From: an uncultured Prevotella sp.
GTDB taxonomy: Bacteria; Bacteroidota; Bacteroidia; Bacteroidales; Bacteroidaceae
NCBI GenBank assembly: GCA_964623445.1
Contig: CAZURD010000003.1
Coordinates: 1 to 40,474 of the forward strand
Length of the DNA: 40,474 bases
Direction: 5' to 3'
The position numbers and the translations under genes are program-made. The notes under the pieces are model-generated. The model was not told where the DNA came from, searched no databases, and saw only the letters and a list, made by a program, of their open reading frames with translations. Positions 29,283 through 40,267 of this stretch are shown one piece after another (the first letter of the stretch is position 1; every line of letters starts with the position of its first letter).

Positions 29283-30014
29283 TCACTCTGCCTCGGGCTT
29301 CATGTTGGTGTAGACATTCTGCACGTCGTCATCGTCTTCGAGCAAGTCCACCATCTTGTTGATGGTCTCGCGCTGCTCCGGAGTGACATCTTTCAGGTCG
29401 TTGGGAATGCGGGTGAACTCTGCGCCCGTGACCTCCAGACCCTTGCTTTCAAGATGTTTCTGAATCTCTCCGAAGCTCGACGGCTCGCCGTAGATGGTCA
29501 CCTCGTCCGTCTCCTCGTCCACATCGTAGTCGTCTTCTACGCCGAAGTCGATGAATTCGAGAATCAGATCGTCCATGTCAACAGCGTCGGTCTTCTTGAA
29601 AGTGAACACGCACTTATGGTCGAAGAGGAACGACAGCGAGCCTTGCGTGCCGAGGTTGCCGCTGAATTTGTTGAACACGGCGCGCACGTTGGCCACAGTT
29701 CTCGTGGTGTTGTCGGTGGCAGCGTCAACGAAGATGGCTATGCCGTGAGGGCCATATCCCTCGTAGGTCACTTCCTTGTAGTCCTTCTGATCCTTGCCGA
29801 GAGCGTTCTTTATGGCCCTTTCGACGTTGGCGTTGGGCATGTTCTCGCGCTTGGCGGTCTGTATGATGGCACGCAAGTGAGGGTTGTTCTCCGGATCCGG
29901 CCCTCCGGCCTTTACGGCGATGGCTATCTGTTTCCCAATCTTTGTGAACGTGCGGGCCATGTGTCCCCACCTCTTCAGCTTTGAGGCTTTGCGATATTCA
30001 AATGCTCTTCCCAT
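29283..30014 (-). CDS. yebC: YebC/PmpR family protein
   Basis: MGRAFEYRK, GGPDPENNPHLR, YEGYGPHG, TDNTTRT and DDDDVQNVYTN motifs. Confidence 0.94.
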   Translation of the reverse strand: MGRAFEYRKASKLKRWGHMARTFTKIGKQIAIAVKAGGPDPENNPHLRAIIQTAKRENMPNANVERAIKNALGKDQKDYKEVTYEGYGPHGIAIFVDAATDNTTRTVANVRAVFNKFSGNLGTQGSLSFLFDHKCVFTFKKTDAVDMDDLILEFIDFGVEDDYDVDEETDEVTIYGEPSSFGEIQKHLESKGLEVTGAEFTRIPNDLKDVTPEQRETINKMVDLLEDDDDVQNVYTNMKPEAE

Positions 30015-30025
30015 TGAAGTTGTTG

Positions 30026-32488
30026 TTAACGGAGCTGCGCTCCAAGTTTGTTTGTCAGGTTGGATGTTATTTTCTGCATTACGGCATCTATCTGCTTGTC
30101 GGTGAGCGTGCGCTCCTCGTCCTGCAATATGAGGTTGATTGCGTAGCTCTTCTTGCCTTCCGGCAGCTTGTCGCCCTCGTAGACATCGAAGAGGGTGACC
30201 CCTTTCAGGAGCTTCTTCTCGGCTTGTCGCGCCGTCTGCTCTATGGCGGCAAACTCCACGGAGGCATCGACGAGCAGCGCAAGGTCGCGGCTTACGGACG
30301 GGAACTTGCTCAGTTCGACGAACTCCACGTGGCTCTTGGCCGTGGCTTTCATCAGTGCCGTCCAGTCGAGTTCGGCGTAGTAGACGGGCTTCGACAGTCC
30401 GAACGCCTTCAAGATCTTCGGCGCAACGATACCCATTTGGGCAAGCGGCTTGCCTGCACGGGTGTCGATTGCGAGGCCGGCGGAGAACACGTCGCACTGC
30501 GTCTTGCGCCTCACCGTGGCGGCCTCGGGCAGTCCGATGCGCCTGAACACGTTGGCGACGTGGGCAGAAAGCTCATAGAACGAGGTGTCTTCGTCGGGGT
30601 GTGCCCAGCTGCCCTCCACCCTCTTGCCCGTGAGCCAGAGTGCGAGGTGGCGGCTTTCGTGGTAGGCTGCCATTGGGTTCTCGGCGTTTTTGCGCTCCGG
30701 GGTGAACTGGTACACATTGCCAAACTCGAACAGACGCAGGTTGGGGTTGCGCCGGTTGGTGTTGTGGGCGATGCTCTCCAAGCCGCCGAAGAGGAGGGTG
30801 CGGCGCATCACGCTAAGGTCTGCGCTGAGGGGATTCATTATCTTCACGCAGCTCTCGGCGGTGTAGGTCTGCTGCATTTCGTAGTACGTCGCCTTGGTGA
30901 GCGAGTTGTTCATTATCTCGCCAAAACCTGCGCCGACGAGCTGTTCGCCTACGGCATTGGACTGTTTGTGCTTGCGGTCTTCGTCCGTCGGTGTCACGAG
31001 GCAACCTTTCAGCTGCGTGGGAATCTCCACATTATTATATCCGTAGATGCGGAGGATGTCCTCAACGACATCGCACGGGCGTTGCACGTCAACGCGATAT
31101 GTCGGCACGTGCAGGTCGACGTAGCCCTCGCCCTCGCCCTCGATGGTCATTTCGAGGCTCTGGCAGATGTCCTTTATCTTGTCGCTGCCTATCTCCTTGC
31201 CCACGAGCGAGTGAACGTAGTCGTATTCAAGGTGTACGTGCGCCCCGTCGATGGGTTCGGGATAAACGTCCCTAATCTCCATCGACACCTTGCCGCCAGC
31301 CAGTTCCTTGCAGAGGATGGCGGCCTGCTTCAGGGCGTAAATGGCTATGTTGGGGTCGGCACCGCGCTCAAACCGGAACGACGCATCGGTGCTCAGGCCG
31401 TGGCGGCGTGCGCTCTTGCGAATCCATGTGGGGTGGAAACATGCGCTTTCGAGCACCACGTTGCGTGTCGTTTCATACGTTCCGCTGCCCTTTCCGCCGA
31501 ACACTCCGGCTATGCACATAGGCTCTTTGGCGTTGCAGATGCTCAGGTCGTGAGGGCCGAGGATGTGCTCCTGTCCATCGAGGGTGATGAACTTCGTGCC
31601 CTCGGGCTGCGTGCGCACCACGATCTTGTGGCCTTCCACCATGTCGGCATCGAAGCAGTGCAAGGGCTGTCCGTATGCCATCATAATGTAGTTCGTGATG
31701 TCCACGATGTTGTTTATCGGCCTGAGACCTATCGTGCGCAACTTGTCCTGTATCCATTTCGGGCTTTCCTTCACGTCGCAGTCGGTCAGGCTAACGCACG
31801 CATAACGCAGGCAGGCCTCCTTGTTCGCTATTTCCACGTCCACGTCGAGGTCGTGGTTGTCCACGGTGAAGGCTTCGCAACCCGGGCGATGGAGAGCCGT
31901 CGGCAGTCCGTTGCAGCGCATCCAGGCATACAGGTCGCGCGCCACGCCCCAATGCGAGAGCGCGTCTGCGCGGTTGGCCGTGATGTCAATCTCTATCAGC
32001 CAGTCGCTTTCGAGGTTGAAATATTCGGCGGCAGGCTGACCCACGGGAGCGTCGTCGGGCAGCACCATGATGCCGTCGTGGCCCGTGCCGAGGCCAATCT
32101 CGTCTTCAGCGCATATCATGCCGCAGCTCTCAACGCCGCGCAACTTCGACTTCTTGATGACGAACTCGCGGTCGCCGTCGTAGAGTACGCAGCCCAAGTC
32201 GGCCACCACCACTTTCTGCCCGGCGGCGACGTTGGGCGCGCCGCACACTATCTGGGAGGGCGTTTCGCGCCCCAAGTCCACCGTGGTCACGTGCAGGTGG
32301 TCGGAGTTGGGGTGTGGCTCGCACGTGAGCACCTTGCCCACGTAGAGGCCGCGAAGCCCGCCGCGCACGCTCTGCACCTCCTCAAGAGCGTCCACTTCGA
32401 GACCCGTCGAGGTGAGCGCATCGCACACCTGTTGCGGCGTAAGGTCGAAATCGACGTACTCTTTGAGCCATTTGTATGAGATGTTCAT
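30026..32488 (-). CDS. pheT: Phenylalanine--tRNA ligase beta subunit
   Basis: MNISYKWLKEY, IVCGAPNV, KLRGVESCGM, ITANRAD, INNIVDITNY, SFRFERG and FDX-ACB C-terminus. Confidence 0.97.
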   Translation of the reverse strand: MNISYKWLKEYVDFDLTPQQVCDALTSTGLEVDALEEVQSVRGGLRGLYVGKVLTCEPHPNSDHLHVTTVDLGRETPSQIVCGAPNVAAGQKVVVADLGCVLYDGDREFVIKKSKLRGVESCGMICAEDEIGLGTGHDGIMVLPDDAPVGQPAAEYFNLESDWLIEIDITANRADALSHWGVARDLYAWMRCNGLPTALHRPGCEAFTVDNHDLDVDVEIANKEACLRYACVSLTDCDVKESPKWIQDKLRTIGLRPINNIVDITNYIMMAYGQPLHCFDADMVEGHKIVVRTQPEGTKFITLDGQEHILGPHDLSICNAKEPMCIAGVFGGKGSGTYETTRNVVLESACFHPTWIRKSARRHGLSTDASFRFERGADPNIAIYALKQAAILCKELAGGKVSMEIRDVYPEPIDGAHVHLEYDYVHSLVGKEIGSDKIKDICQSLEMTIEGEGEGYVDLHVPTYRVDVQRPCDVVEDILRIYGYNNVEIPTQLKGCLVTPTDEDRKHKQSNAVGEQLVGAGFGEIMNNSLTKATYYEMQQTYTAESCVKIMNPLSADLSVMRRTLLFGGLESIAHNTNRRNPNLRLFEFGNVYQFTPERKNAENPMAAYHESRHLALWLTGKRVEGSWAHPDEDTSFYELSAHVANVFRRIGLPEAATVRRKTQCDVFSAGLAIDTRAGKPLAQMGIVAPKILKAFGLSKPVYYAELDWTALMKATAKSHVEFVELSKFPSVSRDLALLVDASVEFAAIEQTARQAEKKLLKGVTLFDVYEGDKLPEGKKSYAINLILQDEERTLTDKQIDAVMQKITSNLTNKLGAQLR

Positions 32489-32526
32489 AGCTGTGAATCT
32501 TGTATTGCTATAATGGAATAATGGCG

Positions 32527-32558
32527 CAAAAGTAATACTTTTCCAGCGTTTAGCCAAA
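32527..32558 (-). promoter_or_regulatory. Primary-sigma promoter of pheT
   Basis: Minus strand TTTG (32555-32558), 20-nt spacer, TACTTTTG (32527-32534). Confidence 0.7.
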
Positions 32559-32807
32559 TTTTTTGCCATCAACCCCTATCTGCGGTCTGGCCGTCAAGGC
32601 GAATTGTGGGTTTGGGACGACCGACTGGGGGTTATCTTTTGGGTGTTAGGGGGTTATGCTTCACGCGGCTTCACTCTGTGCAGGAAAGGACAGGGCATTC
32701 AGCAGCAACCGACATCGACAGGAAATGGGGGAAATCTCGCCCGGCAAAGATTCACGATTACGCCCCGCACAAGGCACACAGCGAAGCCCCGCCCGACTGC
32801 CTCCGCG

Positions 32808-32957
32808 CAACACACAGGCACTCAACGATTTACAAAATGCCTTATTGGCCTCCAATAAGGCATTAATTGCAACGCAATAAGGCATTAATTGGACTCCAAC
32901 GAGGCATCCGTTGCAATGCAATTAGGCATCCGTCGCAATGCGACGAGGGCTGAGCCA
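32808..32957. repeat. 22-bp cassette element (copy 4: dyad + 6 units)
   Basis: Units at 32831 (reverse), 32853, 32875, 32897, 32919 and 32941; CAATAAGGCATTAATTG occurs exactly twice. Confidence 0.88.
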
Positions 32958-33071
32958 CAACCGCGCGGGGTTGGCGGAGTGGCGTTTTGCGCAAAGACAA
33001 GGGCAACCGAATGCCGTTGTTGGTGGCATCCGGTTGCCCTGTTCTTATCTGTCGCCTGCGCTTTCGCGCTG

Positions 33072-33755
33072 CTACTGCCTTGCCTTTTCGTACCATTCGC
33101 GCAGCACCCCGCGCGGCGTTCCAAGCTCCACAATTCTGTCGAGCGTGGCCTTTGCGTCCGATTTGCGCCCCATCCGCAGTTGCACGTCGGCCAGAGAGAG
33201 CAGCAGGTCGGCATCGCTTGGCCTGCGGCGGACGGCTTCTTCCCAGTCGTCGAGCGAGGCGGCGAGTGCCCCCATGTCGCGTTCGAGGCTCGCCCTTGAT
33301 GCGTATGCCACCGCGCTGTCGGGGAACATCTCCACCATGCGGTTCATCTCGTCGAGGGCTTCGGCCTGCTTGTCGCGCATGATGAGCGTGTTCGACAGTC
33401 CGATGCGCGCCTCAAGGTTGTAAGGCGTGATGCGCAGCAGGGCGCGGTAGTCGGCCTCCGCCAGTCCGTATCGCCGCATCTTGTTGTGCGCGAAGGCGCG
33501 GAAGAAGAGCGCGGCGGGGTTGTCCGGCTCCTTTTCGAGCACGAGGCTGTACTCCTCGGTGGCGTAGTCCCACTGCCCAAGCTCCATGTTCACGGCGGCC
33601 TTCCGCAGGTGCAGGTCGGTGGAGTAAGGCGAACGCGCTATCTCCCGACGCAGCGTGTTGAGCGAATCGCTCCATTGTTGCGTTGTCTGCGCCGTTGCCG
33701 CGCACGCCGACAGGGCGACCATTGCGAGCATCGCAGCGCGCGGCTTCATGCTCAT
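33072..33755 (-). CDS. Secreted tetratricopeptide-repeat protein
   Basis: Signal peptide ([23 protein letters not shown]) and several TPR-like repeats (e.g. [22 protein letters not shown]). ATGA overlap with the leuB stop. Confidence 0.85.
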   Translation of the reverse strand: MSMKPRAAMLAMVALSACAATAQTTQQWSDSLNTLRREIARSPYSTDLHLRKAAVNMELGQWDYATEEYSLVLEKEPDNPAALFFRAFAHNKMRRYGLAEADYRALLRITPYNLEARIGLSNTLIMRDKQAEALDEMNRMVEMFPDSAVAYASRASLERDMGALAASLDDWEEAVRRRPSDADLLLSLADVQLRMGRKSDAKATLDRIVELGTPRGVLREWYEKARQ

Positions 33756-34813
33756 GCCTTCGCGATGAAGTCGGCAATCCATGCGCCCACGGCCTTCGTG
33801 CCGTAGTGCGCGCCGCCCTCCACCTGTATTTCCGGCGTGCGCACGTTGGCTTCGAGCGATGCGTCGACGGCGCGGCGGACGAGCGCGCCCTCTTCCTTCA
33901 GGCCGAAATGCTCCAGAAGCATGGCGGCGGAGAGTATCTGCGCCAGCGGGTTGGCAATGTCCTGGCCCTTTGCCTGCGGCCACGAGCCATGCACAGGCTC
34001 AAACACCGGGGTGCTTTCGCCCGTCGATGCCGACGGCAGCAGACCCATTGAGCCGGATATGCAGCTGCCCTCGTCGGTGAGGATGTCGCCGAACGTGTTC
34101 TCCGTCACCATCACGTCGAAGAACGTCGGCTCTGTTATCATGCGCATGGCGGCGTTGTCCACGAACATATAGTCCACGCGGACATCCTTGTTTTCCTCCG
34201 CCATCTCCTTGGCGACCTGCCTCCACAGGCGGCTTGATGCAAGCACGTTGGCCTTGTCAACCACCGTGAGGTGGCCGTTGCGGCGGCGTGCGTAGTCGAA
34301 GCCCACGCGGAGGATGCGCTCCACTTCAGGACGCGTGTAGAGGTTGGTGTCGTATGCCTTGTCGTTGTCCTGATATTTCTCGCCGAAATACATGCCACCC
34401 GTCAGCTCGCGGATGCACACGAAGTCGGCCCCCTCCACAAGCTCGGCGCGCAGCGGCGACTTGTGCAGCAGGCACTTGAACGTCTGCACCGGGCGTATGT
34501 TGGCGTAGAGGCCGAGCTTCTTGCGCATGGCCAGCAGCCCCTGTTCGGGGCGCACCTTGGCCGTGGGGTCAAGGTCGTACTTGGTGTCTCCCACTGCGGC
34601 GAAGAGCACGGCATCGGCCCTTTTGCACGTCTCAAACGTGGCTTCGGGGAACGGGTCGCCAACGGCTTCGATGGCCGCAGCCCCGCAAAGGGCCTCCTCG
34701 TAGCTGAACTCATGGCCGAACTTGGCCGCTATTGCGTCGAGGGCGGCCTTGCCCTGCTCCATTATCTCCGGCCCAATGCCGTCGCCGGGCAGCACTGCTA
34801 TCTTCAGTCTCAT
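33752..34813 (-). CDS. leuB: 3-isopropylmalate dehydrogenase
   Basis: [47 protein letters not shown] and FEPVHGS motifs. Confidence 0.96.
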   Translation of the reverse strand: MRLKIAVLPGDGIGPEIMEQGKAALDAIAAKFGHEFSYEEALCGAAAIEAVGDPFPEATFETCKRADAVLFAAVGDTKYDLDPTAKVRPEQGLLAMRKKLGLYANIRPVQTFKCLLHKSPLRAELVEGADFVCIRELTGGMYFGEKYQDNDKAYDTNLYTRPEVERILRVGFDYARRRNGHLTVVDKANVLASSRLWRQVAKEMAEENKDVRVDYMFVDNAAMRMITEPTFFDVMVTENTFGDILTDEGSCISGSMGLLPSASTGESTPVFEPVHGSWPQAKGQDIANPLAQILSAAMLLEHFGLKEEGALVRRAVDASLEANVRTPEIQVEGGAHYGTKAVGAWIADFIAKA

Positions 34814-36396
34814 GTCGTTTGTATGTGTTTGTCGTTTGTTTCCTCTATTATGTTGAGCATCTTGAATGTTGCCTTGATGGCCGCTTCGGTCTGGTCGGCA
34901 TCGAGACCGCGCGTGCGCAGGGGCTTGTCGCCGTTGCGCCACGTTATCACCGTCTGCACGAGGGCATCCGTGCGCCCTCCCGGCGGGATTGTCACGGCGT
35001 AGTTTTCAAGCGTGGGGAATGTCTTCCCGAGCGATTCGCGGTAGATCTTCCGCAGGGCTTTCACGAATGCGTCATACTGTCCGTCGCCCGTGGAAGTGGC
35101 CTCGTAGTCCGTCCCGTTGATGCGCACTTTCACGCTGGCCATTGGCTTCAGGCCGTAGGACGAGGAGACAACGTAGTTCACGAGCCTCACCTTGTCGTCC
35201 GGGACGGAGTGTTTCAGCACGTCGCTGACGATGAACGGCAGGTCTTCCTGCGTCACAAGTTCCTTGCGGTCGCCGAGTTCGGTGATGCGCTCCGTGATGC
35301 GCTGCGTCTGCTCGGGGGTCAGTTCAAGCCCCAGCTCTTGCAGGTTGCGCGCAATGTTGGCCTTTCCGCTGTTCTTGCCGAGGGCGTATTCGCGCTTGCG
35401 TCCGAAGCGTTCGGGCACGAGGTCGTTGTAGTATAGCTTCGCCTTGGAGTCTCCGTCGGCGTGAACGCCTGCCACTTGCGTGAACACGTTTTCCCCCACG
35501 ATGGGCTGGTTTGGGGCGATGGGTATGCCGGAATAGTTCTCCACAAGACGGCTCAGGGGGTTCAGCTCGTCCTCGCGGATGCTCGTGAGGGCATGGAACT
35601 GGTCCTTCAGAATCACCTGTACGCTTGACAGCGGAGCGTTGCCGCAGCGTTCCCCCAGCCCGTTAACGGTCACGTGCAGCCCCTTCGCGCCGCAGAGCAC
35701 GGCGGCGAGCGAGTTGCTCACGGCGAGGTCGTAGTCGTTGTGCGCGTGGAAGTCGAAGTGCGCCCCGGGGTAACGCTTCTGCATCTTGCGGAAGAACTCA
35801 ATCACTTGGAGCGGGTTCAGTATGCCGAGCGTGTCGGGGAGCATGAAGCGTCGTATGGCCGTATGGCGCAGAGCGTCCACCACTTGATAGACGTATTCGG
35901 GCGAATCTTTCATGCCGTTGCTCCAGTCCTCTAAGTAGAGGTTCACCGATATGCCGCGCTCCGTGGCGTAGTCAACGCACCGCTGTATGTCGGCGATGTG
36001 CTCCTCGGGCTGCTTGTGCAGCTGTCCGAGGCAGTGCTTCAGCGAGCCTTTGGCAAGAAGATTCACCACCTTGCCCCCGCAACTGGCTATCCAGTCAATC
36101 GAACGGCCGCCGTCCACAAAGCCCAGCACCTCCACGCGGTCGAGCTTTCCGACCTCTTTCGCATAGCGGCAAATCATCGACACCGCCTCGCGCTCGCCCT
36201 CGCTGACGCGCGCGGAGGCCACCTCCACGCGGTCAACGTTTACGTCGTTGAGCAGCTTGCGGGCAATGACGAGCTTCTCGTGCGGCAGGAACGACACGCC
36301 GCTTGTCTGCTCGCCGTCGCGCAGCGTGCTGTCCATTATCTCCACGAAGGGCGGTATGCGGCTGTAGGAGCTGTTCACTTGTTGTGCCGTTCCCAT
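34810..36396 (-). CDS. cimA: Citramalate synthase (second LeuA-family DRE-TIM enzyme)
   Basis: [31 protein letters not shown] and HAHND motifs, LeuA-type regulatory domain with [10 protein letters not shown]; located between leuD and leuB. Confidence 0.82.
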   Translation of the reverse strand: MGTAQQVNSSYSRIPPFVEIMDSTLRDGEQTSGVSFLPHEKLVIARKLLNDVNVDRVEVASARVSEGEREAVSMICRYAKEVGKLDRVEVLGFVDGGRSIDWIASCGGKVVNLLAKGSLKHCLGQLHKQPEEHIADIQRCVDYATERGISVNLYLEDWSNGMKDSPEYVYQVVDALRHTAIRRFMLPDTLGILNPLQVIEFFRKMQKRYPGAHFDFHAHNDYDLAVSNSLAAVLCGAKGLHVTVNGLGERCGNAPLSSVQVILKDQFHALTSIREDELNPLSRLVENYSGIPIAPNQPIVGENVFTQVAGVHADGDSKAKLYYNDLVPERFGRKREYALGKNSGKANIARNLQELGLELTPEQTQRITERITELGDRKELVTQEDLPFIVSDVLKHSVPDDKVRLVNYVVSSSYGLKPMASVKVRINGTDYEATSTGDGQYDAFVKALRKIYRESLGKTFPTLENYAVTIPPGGRTDALVQTVITWRNGDKPLRTRGLDADQTEAAIKATFKMLNIIEETNDKHIQTT

Positions 36397-36965
36397 GCCT
36401 CTATCTTGTCCTTGCTAGCCACGAGGAAGTCGATGTCGTCCTGCCCGTTCATCAAGCAATGCTTCTTGTACCCGTTTATTTCAAACCGTTCGCTGCGCCC
36501 CGTGGCCTTGTTGGTCACGATCTGCCTCGGAAGGTCCACTTCCACGAGCGTCTTCGGGTCGGCGGCGATGGAGGAGAACAGTTCTTTGAGGAACTCCTCG
36601 CTCACCACTACGGGCAGCACGAAGTTGTTAAGCTCGTTGTTCTTGTGTATGTCGGCAAAGAAGCTGCTTATCACCACGCGGAATCCGTAGCCCGCTATGG
36701 CCCATGCGGCGTGCTCGCGGCTGGAGCCTGAGCCGAAGTTCTTCCCCGCCACGAGTATGCACCCGCCGTAGGTGGGGTCGTTGAGCACGAAGTCGGGGCG
36801 CGGATTGCCGTTCTCGTCGTACCGCCAGTCGCGGAAGAGGTTGTCGCCGAAGCCGGCCTTGTCAGTGGCTTTGAGGAATCGGGCGGGGATTATCTGGTCT
36901 GTGTCCACGTTCTCCAGAGGCAGTGGCACGCAGGTGCTTGTTATGACGTCGAATTTCTGTTTCAT
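36375..36965 (-). CDS. leuD: 3-isopropylmalate dehydratase small subunit
   Basis: NVDTDQIIPARFLK, NFGSGSSREHAAWA and FADIH motifs. Confidence 0.96.
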   Translation of the reverse strand: MKQKFDVITSTCVPLPLENVDTDQIIPARFLKATDKAGFGDNLFRDWRYDENGNPRPDFVLNDPTYGGCILVAGKNFGSGSSREHAAWAIAGYGFRVVISSFFADIHKNNELNNFVLPVVVSEEFLKELFSSIAADPKTLVEVDLPRQIVTNKATGRSERFEINGYKKHCLMNGQDDIDFLVASKDKIEAWERHNK

Positions 36966-36970
36966 CGCTG

Positions 36971-38365
36971 TTACATTAATGTGCGTGGGTCGGTTATCAC
37001 TCCCGTGACGGCGGCTGCGGCGGCCATGAGCGGCGAGGCGAGTATGGTGCGTGCCCCGGGGCCTTGCCGTCCCTCGAAGTTGCGGTTGCTGGTGGATACT
37101 GCATACTTGCCCGCCGGCACCTTGTCGTCGTTCATTGCGAGGCAGGCCGAGCAGCCCGGCTGGCGTATCTCGAATCCGGCCTCGGCAAGGATGCGGTCTA
37201 TTCCCTCCTCGCGTATCTGCCTGTCCACCGCCCACGAGCCGGGCACGAGCCATGCCACCACGCCCTCCGCTTTCTTCCTGCCGCGCGCGATGGAGGCGAA
37301 GGCGCGGAAGTCCTCTATGCGCCCGTTGGTACATGCGCCGAGGAACACGTAATCGATCGGCTTTCCGAGCAGCTTCTCGCCCGGGGCGAAGCCCATGTAT
37401 TCGAGCGACTTCAGGAACGAGGCGCGCCCTGCCTCGTCGATGCTCTCTGCCGTGGGTATGGCCGATGTGACCGCCATGCCCATGCCGGGGTTCGTGCCGT
37501 ATGTCACCATCGGCTCAATCTCGGCGGCATCGAACGTCAGTTCCTTGTCGAACACGGCATCGTCGCCGCTGCGAAGCTCGCGCCAGCGTGCCACGGCGGC
37601 ATCCCACTCCGCGCCCTGCGGGGCATACTGCCGACCCTTGATGTAGGCAAACGTCGTCTCGTCGGGGGCTATGAAGCCGCCGCGTGCGCCCATCTCTATG
37701 GAGAGGTTGCAGAGCGTGAGGCGGCCTTCCATGCTCATGTCGCGCACCACGCTGCCCGCATATTCCACGAAGTAGCCCGTGGCTCCCGAGGTGGTGAGGC
37801 GCGACATGAGGAACAGTGCCACGTCCTTGGGCGTCACGCCCTTGGCGAGCTTGCCCTCGATGGATATGCGCATCGACTTCGGCTTCTGCTGGAGTATGCA
37901 CTGCGAGGCCAGCACCATCTCCACCTCGCTCGTGCCGATGCCGAACGCCACCGCCCCCACTGCGCCGTGGGTGGACGTGTGCGAGTCGCCGCAGACTATT
38001 GTCATGCCCGGCAGCGACAGTCCCTTTTCGGGGCCTACGACATGTATTATGCCGTTGTCGGGCGACATCATGCCGTAGTGCGACAGCCCGAACTCACGGG
38101 CGTTGGCCTCGAGCGTCTCCACCTGATGGCGCGAAACGGGGTCTTCGATGGGCTTGTCCTGGTCGTGCGTGGGCGTGTTGTGGTCGGGCATACAGTAGAT
38201 GCGCTCCGGCCGCAGGCAGCGCAATCCGCGCTGGCGCAGTCCGTCGAAGGCCTGCGGCGAGGTCACCTCGTGGCAGTAGAGGCGGTCGATGTACAGCTGG
38301 CATGGCCCGTCGTCGATGGCCTGCACCACGTGGCTGTCCCATATCTTGTCGAAAAGAGTGTTCAT
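36971..38365 (-). CDS. leuC: 3-isopropylmalate dehydratase large subunit
   Basis: [39 protein letters not shown] and [12 protein letters not shown] motifs. Confidence 0.97.
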   Translation of the reverse strand: MNTLFDKIWDSHVVQAIDDGPCQLYIDRLYCHEVTSPQAFDGLRQRGLRCLRPERIYCMPDHNTPTHDQDKPIEDPVSRHQVETLEANAREFGLSHYGMMSPDNGIIHVVGPEKGLSLPGMTIVCGDSHTSTHGAVGAVAFGIGTSEVEMVLASQCILQQKPKSMRISIEGKLAKGVTPKDVALFLMSRLTTSGATGYFVEYAGSVVRDMSMEGRLTLCNLSIEMGARGGFIAPDETTFAYIKGRQYAPQGAEWDAAVARWRELRSGDDAVFDKELTFDAAEIEPMVTYGTNPGMGMAVTSAIPTAESIDEAGRASFLKSLEYMGFAPGEKLLGKPIDYVFLGACTNGRIEDFRAFASIARGRKKAEGVVAWLVPGSWAVDRQIREEGIDRILAEAGFEIRQPGCSACLAMNDDKVPAGKYAVSTSNRNFEGRQGPGARTILASPLMAAAAAVTGVITDPRTLM

Positions 38366-38379
38366 TTTGTGCTTGGTGT

Positions 38380-39879
38380 TTATTTCCTGAATTTGTTGAT
38401 GCAGTCTATGTAGGCTTCCACCGAGGCCGTCACTATGTCGGTGTTTGCCCCGAAACCATAGTAGACGCTGCCGTCGTGCTCCACTTGCATGTGTACCTTG
38501 CCCACGTCGTCGGAGCCTTTGCTTATGGCTTGGATGGTGAATTCCTTCAGCGTCATTTCCTTGCGGATGATGCGCTTCAGTGCCTTGATGGCCGCGTCCA
38601 CGGGGCCGTTGCCCGAGGACGACTCCTCAAACTTCTGTCCCGAGATGTCGAGGCCTATGCTGGCCACGCTCCTCACGCCCATGCCCGTGGTCACTTGCAG
38701 GTAGTCGAGCTTCACGGAGTGGCTCTCGGCGGTGTCCGCCCCGGCAAGCATGAGGATGTCATCGTCGGTCACTTCCTTCTTCTGGTCGGCCAGACGGAGG
38801 AACTTCTGGTAGATCTTGTCCACCGTCTCCTCGTTCGTCACGGTGATGCCGAGCACCCCAAGGCGATATTTCAGCGCGGCGCGGCCGGAGCGTGCAGTGA
38901 GCACGATGGAGTTGTCGTCCAGTCCCACGTCCTTGGGGTTCATTATTTCGTAAGTCTGCACGTTCTTCAACACGCCGTCCTGATGGATTCCACTGGAGTG
39001 GGCAAAGGCGTTGCGCCCCACCACTGCCTTGTTAGGCTGCACGGGCATGTTCATCAAGCTCGACACCATGCGGCTCGCGGGGTAGATCTTCGTGGTGTTG
39101 ATGTTGGTGTCGATGCCAATCTCGCGGTGGCACTTCAGTATCATGGCAACCTCTTCGAGCGATGTGTTGCCGGCGCGCTCGCCTATGCCGTTCACGGTCA
39201 CCTCCACCTGCCGCGCCCCGTTCAGCACGCCGCTGAGGGTGTTGGCCGTGGCCATGCCGAGGTCGTTGTGGCAGTGGGTGGAGATTATTGCGCGGTCGAT
39301 GCCGTCGACGTGCTCCATCAGATACTTTATCTTCGCACCGAATTCCGACGGCAGGCAGTAGCCCGTGGTGTCGGGTATGTTCACCACCGTGGCCCCGGCC
39401 TTTATCACCGCCTCCACCACGCGGGCCAGATACTCGTTGTCGGTGCGTCCGGCATCCTCTGCGTAGAACTCCACGTCTTCGACGTAGCGGCGGGCATACT
39501 TCACGGCGGCCACGGCGCGTTCCACGATTTCGTCGCGGTTGCTGTTGAACTTATATTTTATGTGCTCGTCGCTCGTGCCGATGCCGGTGTGTATGCGCTT
39601 GTGCTTGGCGTAGCGCAGGGCATCGGCGGCCACGTCGATGTCTTTCTCCACGGCGCGCGTAAGGGCGCAGATGGTGGGCCACGTCACGGCCTTTGATATT
39701 TCGATCACGGAGTTGAAGTCGCCTGGGCTGGAGATGGGAAAGCCCGCTTCGATTACGTCTACGCCGAGCTGTTCGAGCATCTTGGCCACCTGAATCTTCT
39801 CAACCGTGTTGAGCTGGCAGCCGGGCACCTGCTCGCCGTCGCGCAGCGTTGTGTCGAAAATGTAAAGTCTTTCGCTCAT
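38380..39879 (-). CDS. leuA: 2-isopropylmalate synthase
   Basis: [46 protein letters not shown] and GNGPVDA motifs. Confidence 0.96.
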   Translation of the reverse strand: MSERLYIFDTTLRDGEQVPGCQLNTVEKIQVAKMLEQLGVDVIEAGFPISSPGDFNSVIEISKAVTWPTICALTRAVEKDIDVAADALRYAKHKRIHTGIGTSDEHIKYKFNSNRDEIVERAVAAVKYARRYVEDVEFYAEDAGRTDNEYLARVVEAVIKAGATVVNIPDTTGYCLPSEFGAKIKYLMEHVDGIDRAIISTHCHNDLGMATANTLSGVLNGARQVEVTVNGIGERAGNTSLEEVAMILKCHREIGIDTNINTTKIYPASRMVSSLMNMPVQPNKAVVGRNAFAHSSGIHQDGVLKNVQTYEIMNPKDVGLDDNSIVLTARSGRAALKYRLGVLGITVTNEETVDKIYQKFLRLADQKKEVTDDDILMLAGADTAESHSVKLDYLQVTTGMGVRSVASIGLDISGQKFEESSSGNGPVDAAIKALKRIIRKEMTLKEFTIQAISKGSDDVGKVHMQVEHDGSVYYGFGANTDIVTASVEAYIDCINKFRK

Positions 39880-39905
39880 ATCTTTTTGTCTTTGGAGTTG
39901 CTTAT

Positions 39906-39947
39906 AAAACCAAAAGACCTTTCCCACCCGTGGAGTGAGAAAGGCCT
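39906..39947 (-). terminator. Attenuator terminator upstream of leuA
   Basis: Minus strand AGGCCTTTCTCACTC-CAC-GGGTGGGAAAGGTCT followed by TTTGGTTTT, 26 nt before the leuA ATG. Confidence 0.8.
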
Positions 39948-39967
39948 GACACTTTGTTTGTATATGG

Positions 39968-40048
39968 TCATGCGCTATATGTCCCACTCCCGTGCGTCCG
40001 CGAAAGTCGGATAATGTTAAGGGTAAGCGATAGACCAATGTATGTCAT
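39968..40048 (-). CDS. Putative leu operon leader peptide (26 aa, [26 protein letters not shown])
   Basis: Four Leu (CTA, CTT, CTT, CTT) and three Ile codons within codons 4-15. Lies between promoter and terminator and contains the antiterminator strand GGAGTGGGA. Confidence 0.72.
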   Translation of the reverse strand: MTYIGLSLTLNIIRLSRTHGSGTYSA

Positions 40049-40075
40049 GTCTTGATGGCTTGTTGTTTTCGGCTG

Positions 40076-40107
40076 CAAATATAGTGCATTTATTTCATGC
40101 GCACAAA
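40076..40107 (-). promoter_or_regulatory. Primary-sigma promoter of the leu operon
   Basis: Minus strand TTTG (40104-40107), 20-nt spacer, TATATTTG (40076-40083). Confidence 0.75.
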
Positions 40108-40267
40108 TAAATCGTAAGTTTTTGAGGCCAAAATGTGATATTTTTGTTTGCTGGGGCGCAGATGAATGATTGTTTTCCCAAAATGCAAGGAAGAATCCTC
40201 CGCCCCCTCGCGGCGGATGGCTGGGGCTGCCCGCAGGGCGACTTCGCGCCCTTGGCCAATGGCGGGC

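Noticed and set aside
29981-32479. 832-aa ORF antisense to pheT, and similar long antisense ORFs (12754-14139, 37064-38413, 37816-39696, 10702-11721, 22764-23837)
   Set aside because: Shadow ORFs expected from high GC3 codon bias. They overlap well-supported genes on the opposite strand and show no recognisable motifs.
32831-32957. 22-bp arrays as CRISPR arrays
   Set aside because: Spacers are only 5 bp, repeats are 17 bp, degenerate and in mixed orientation, and there are no cas genes in the window.
34810-39879. Two LeuA-like genes as a novel duplication
   Set aside because: leuA-leuC-leuD-cimA-leuB is the usual Bacteroidales arrangement; the second gene has citramalate-synthase-type motifs.
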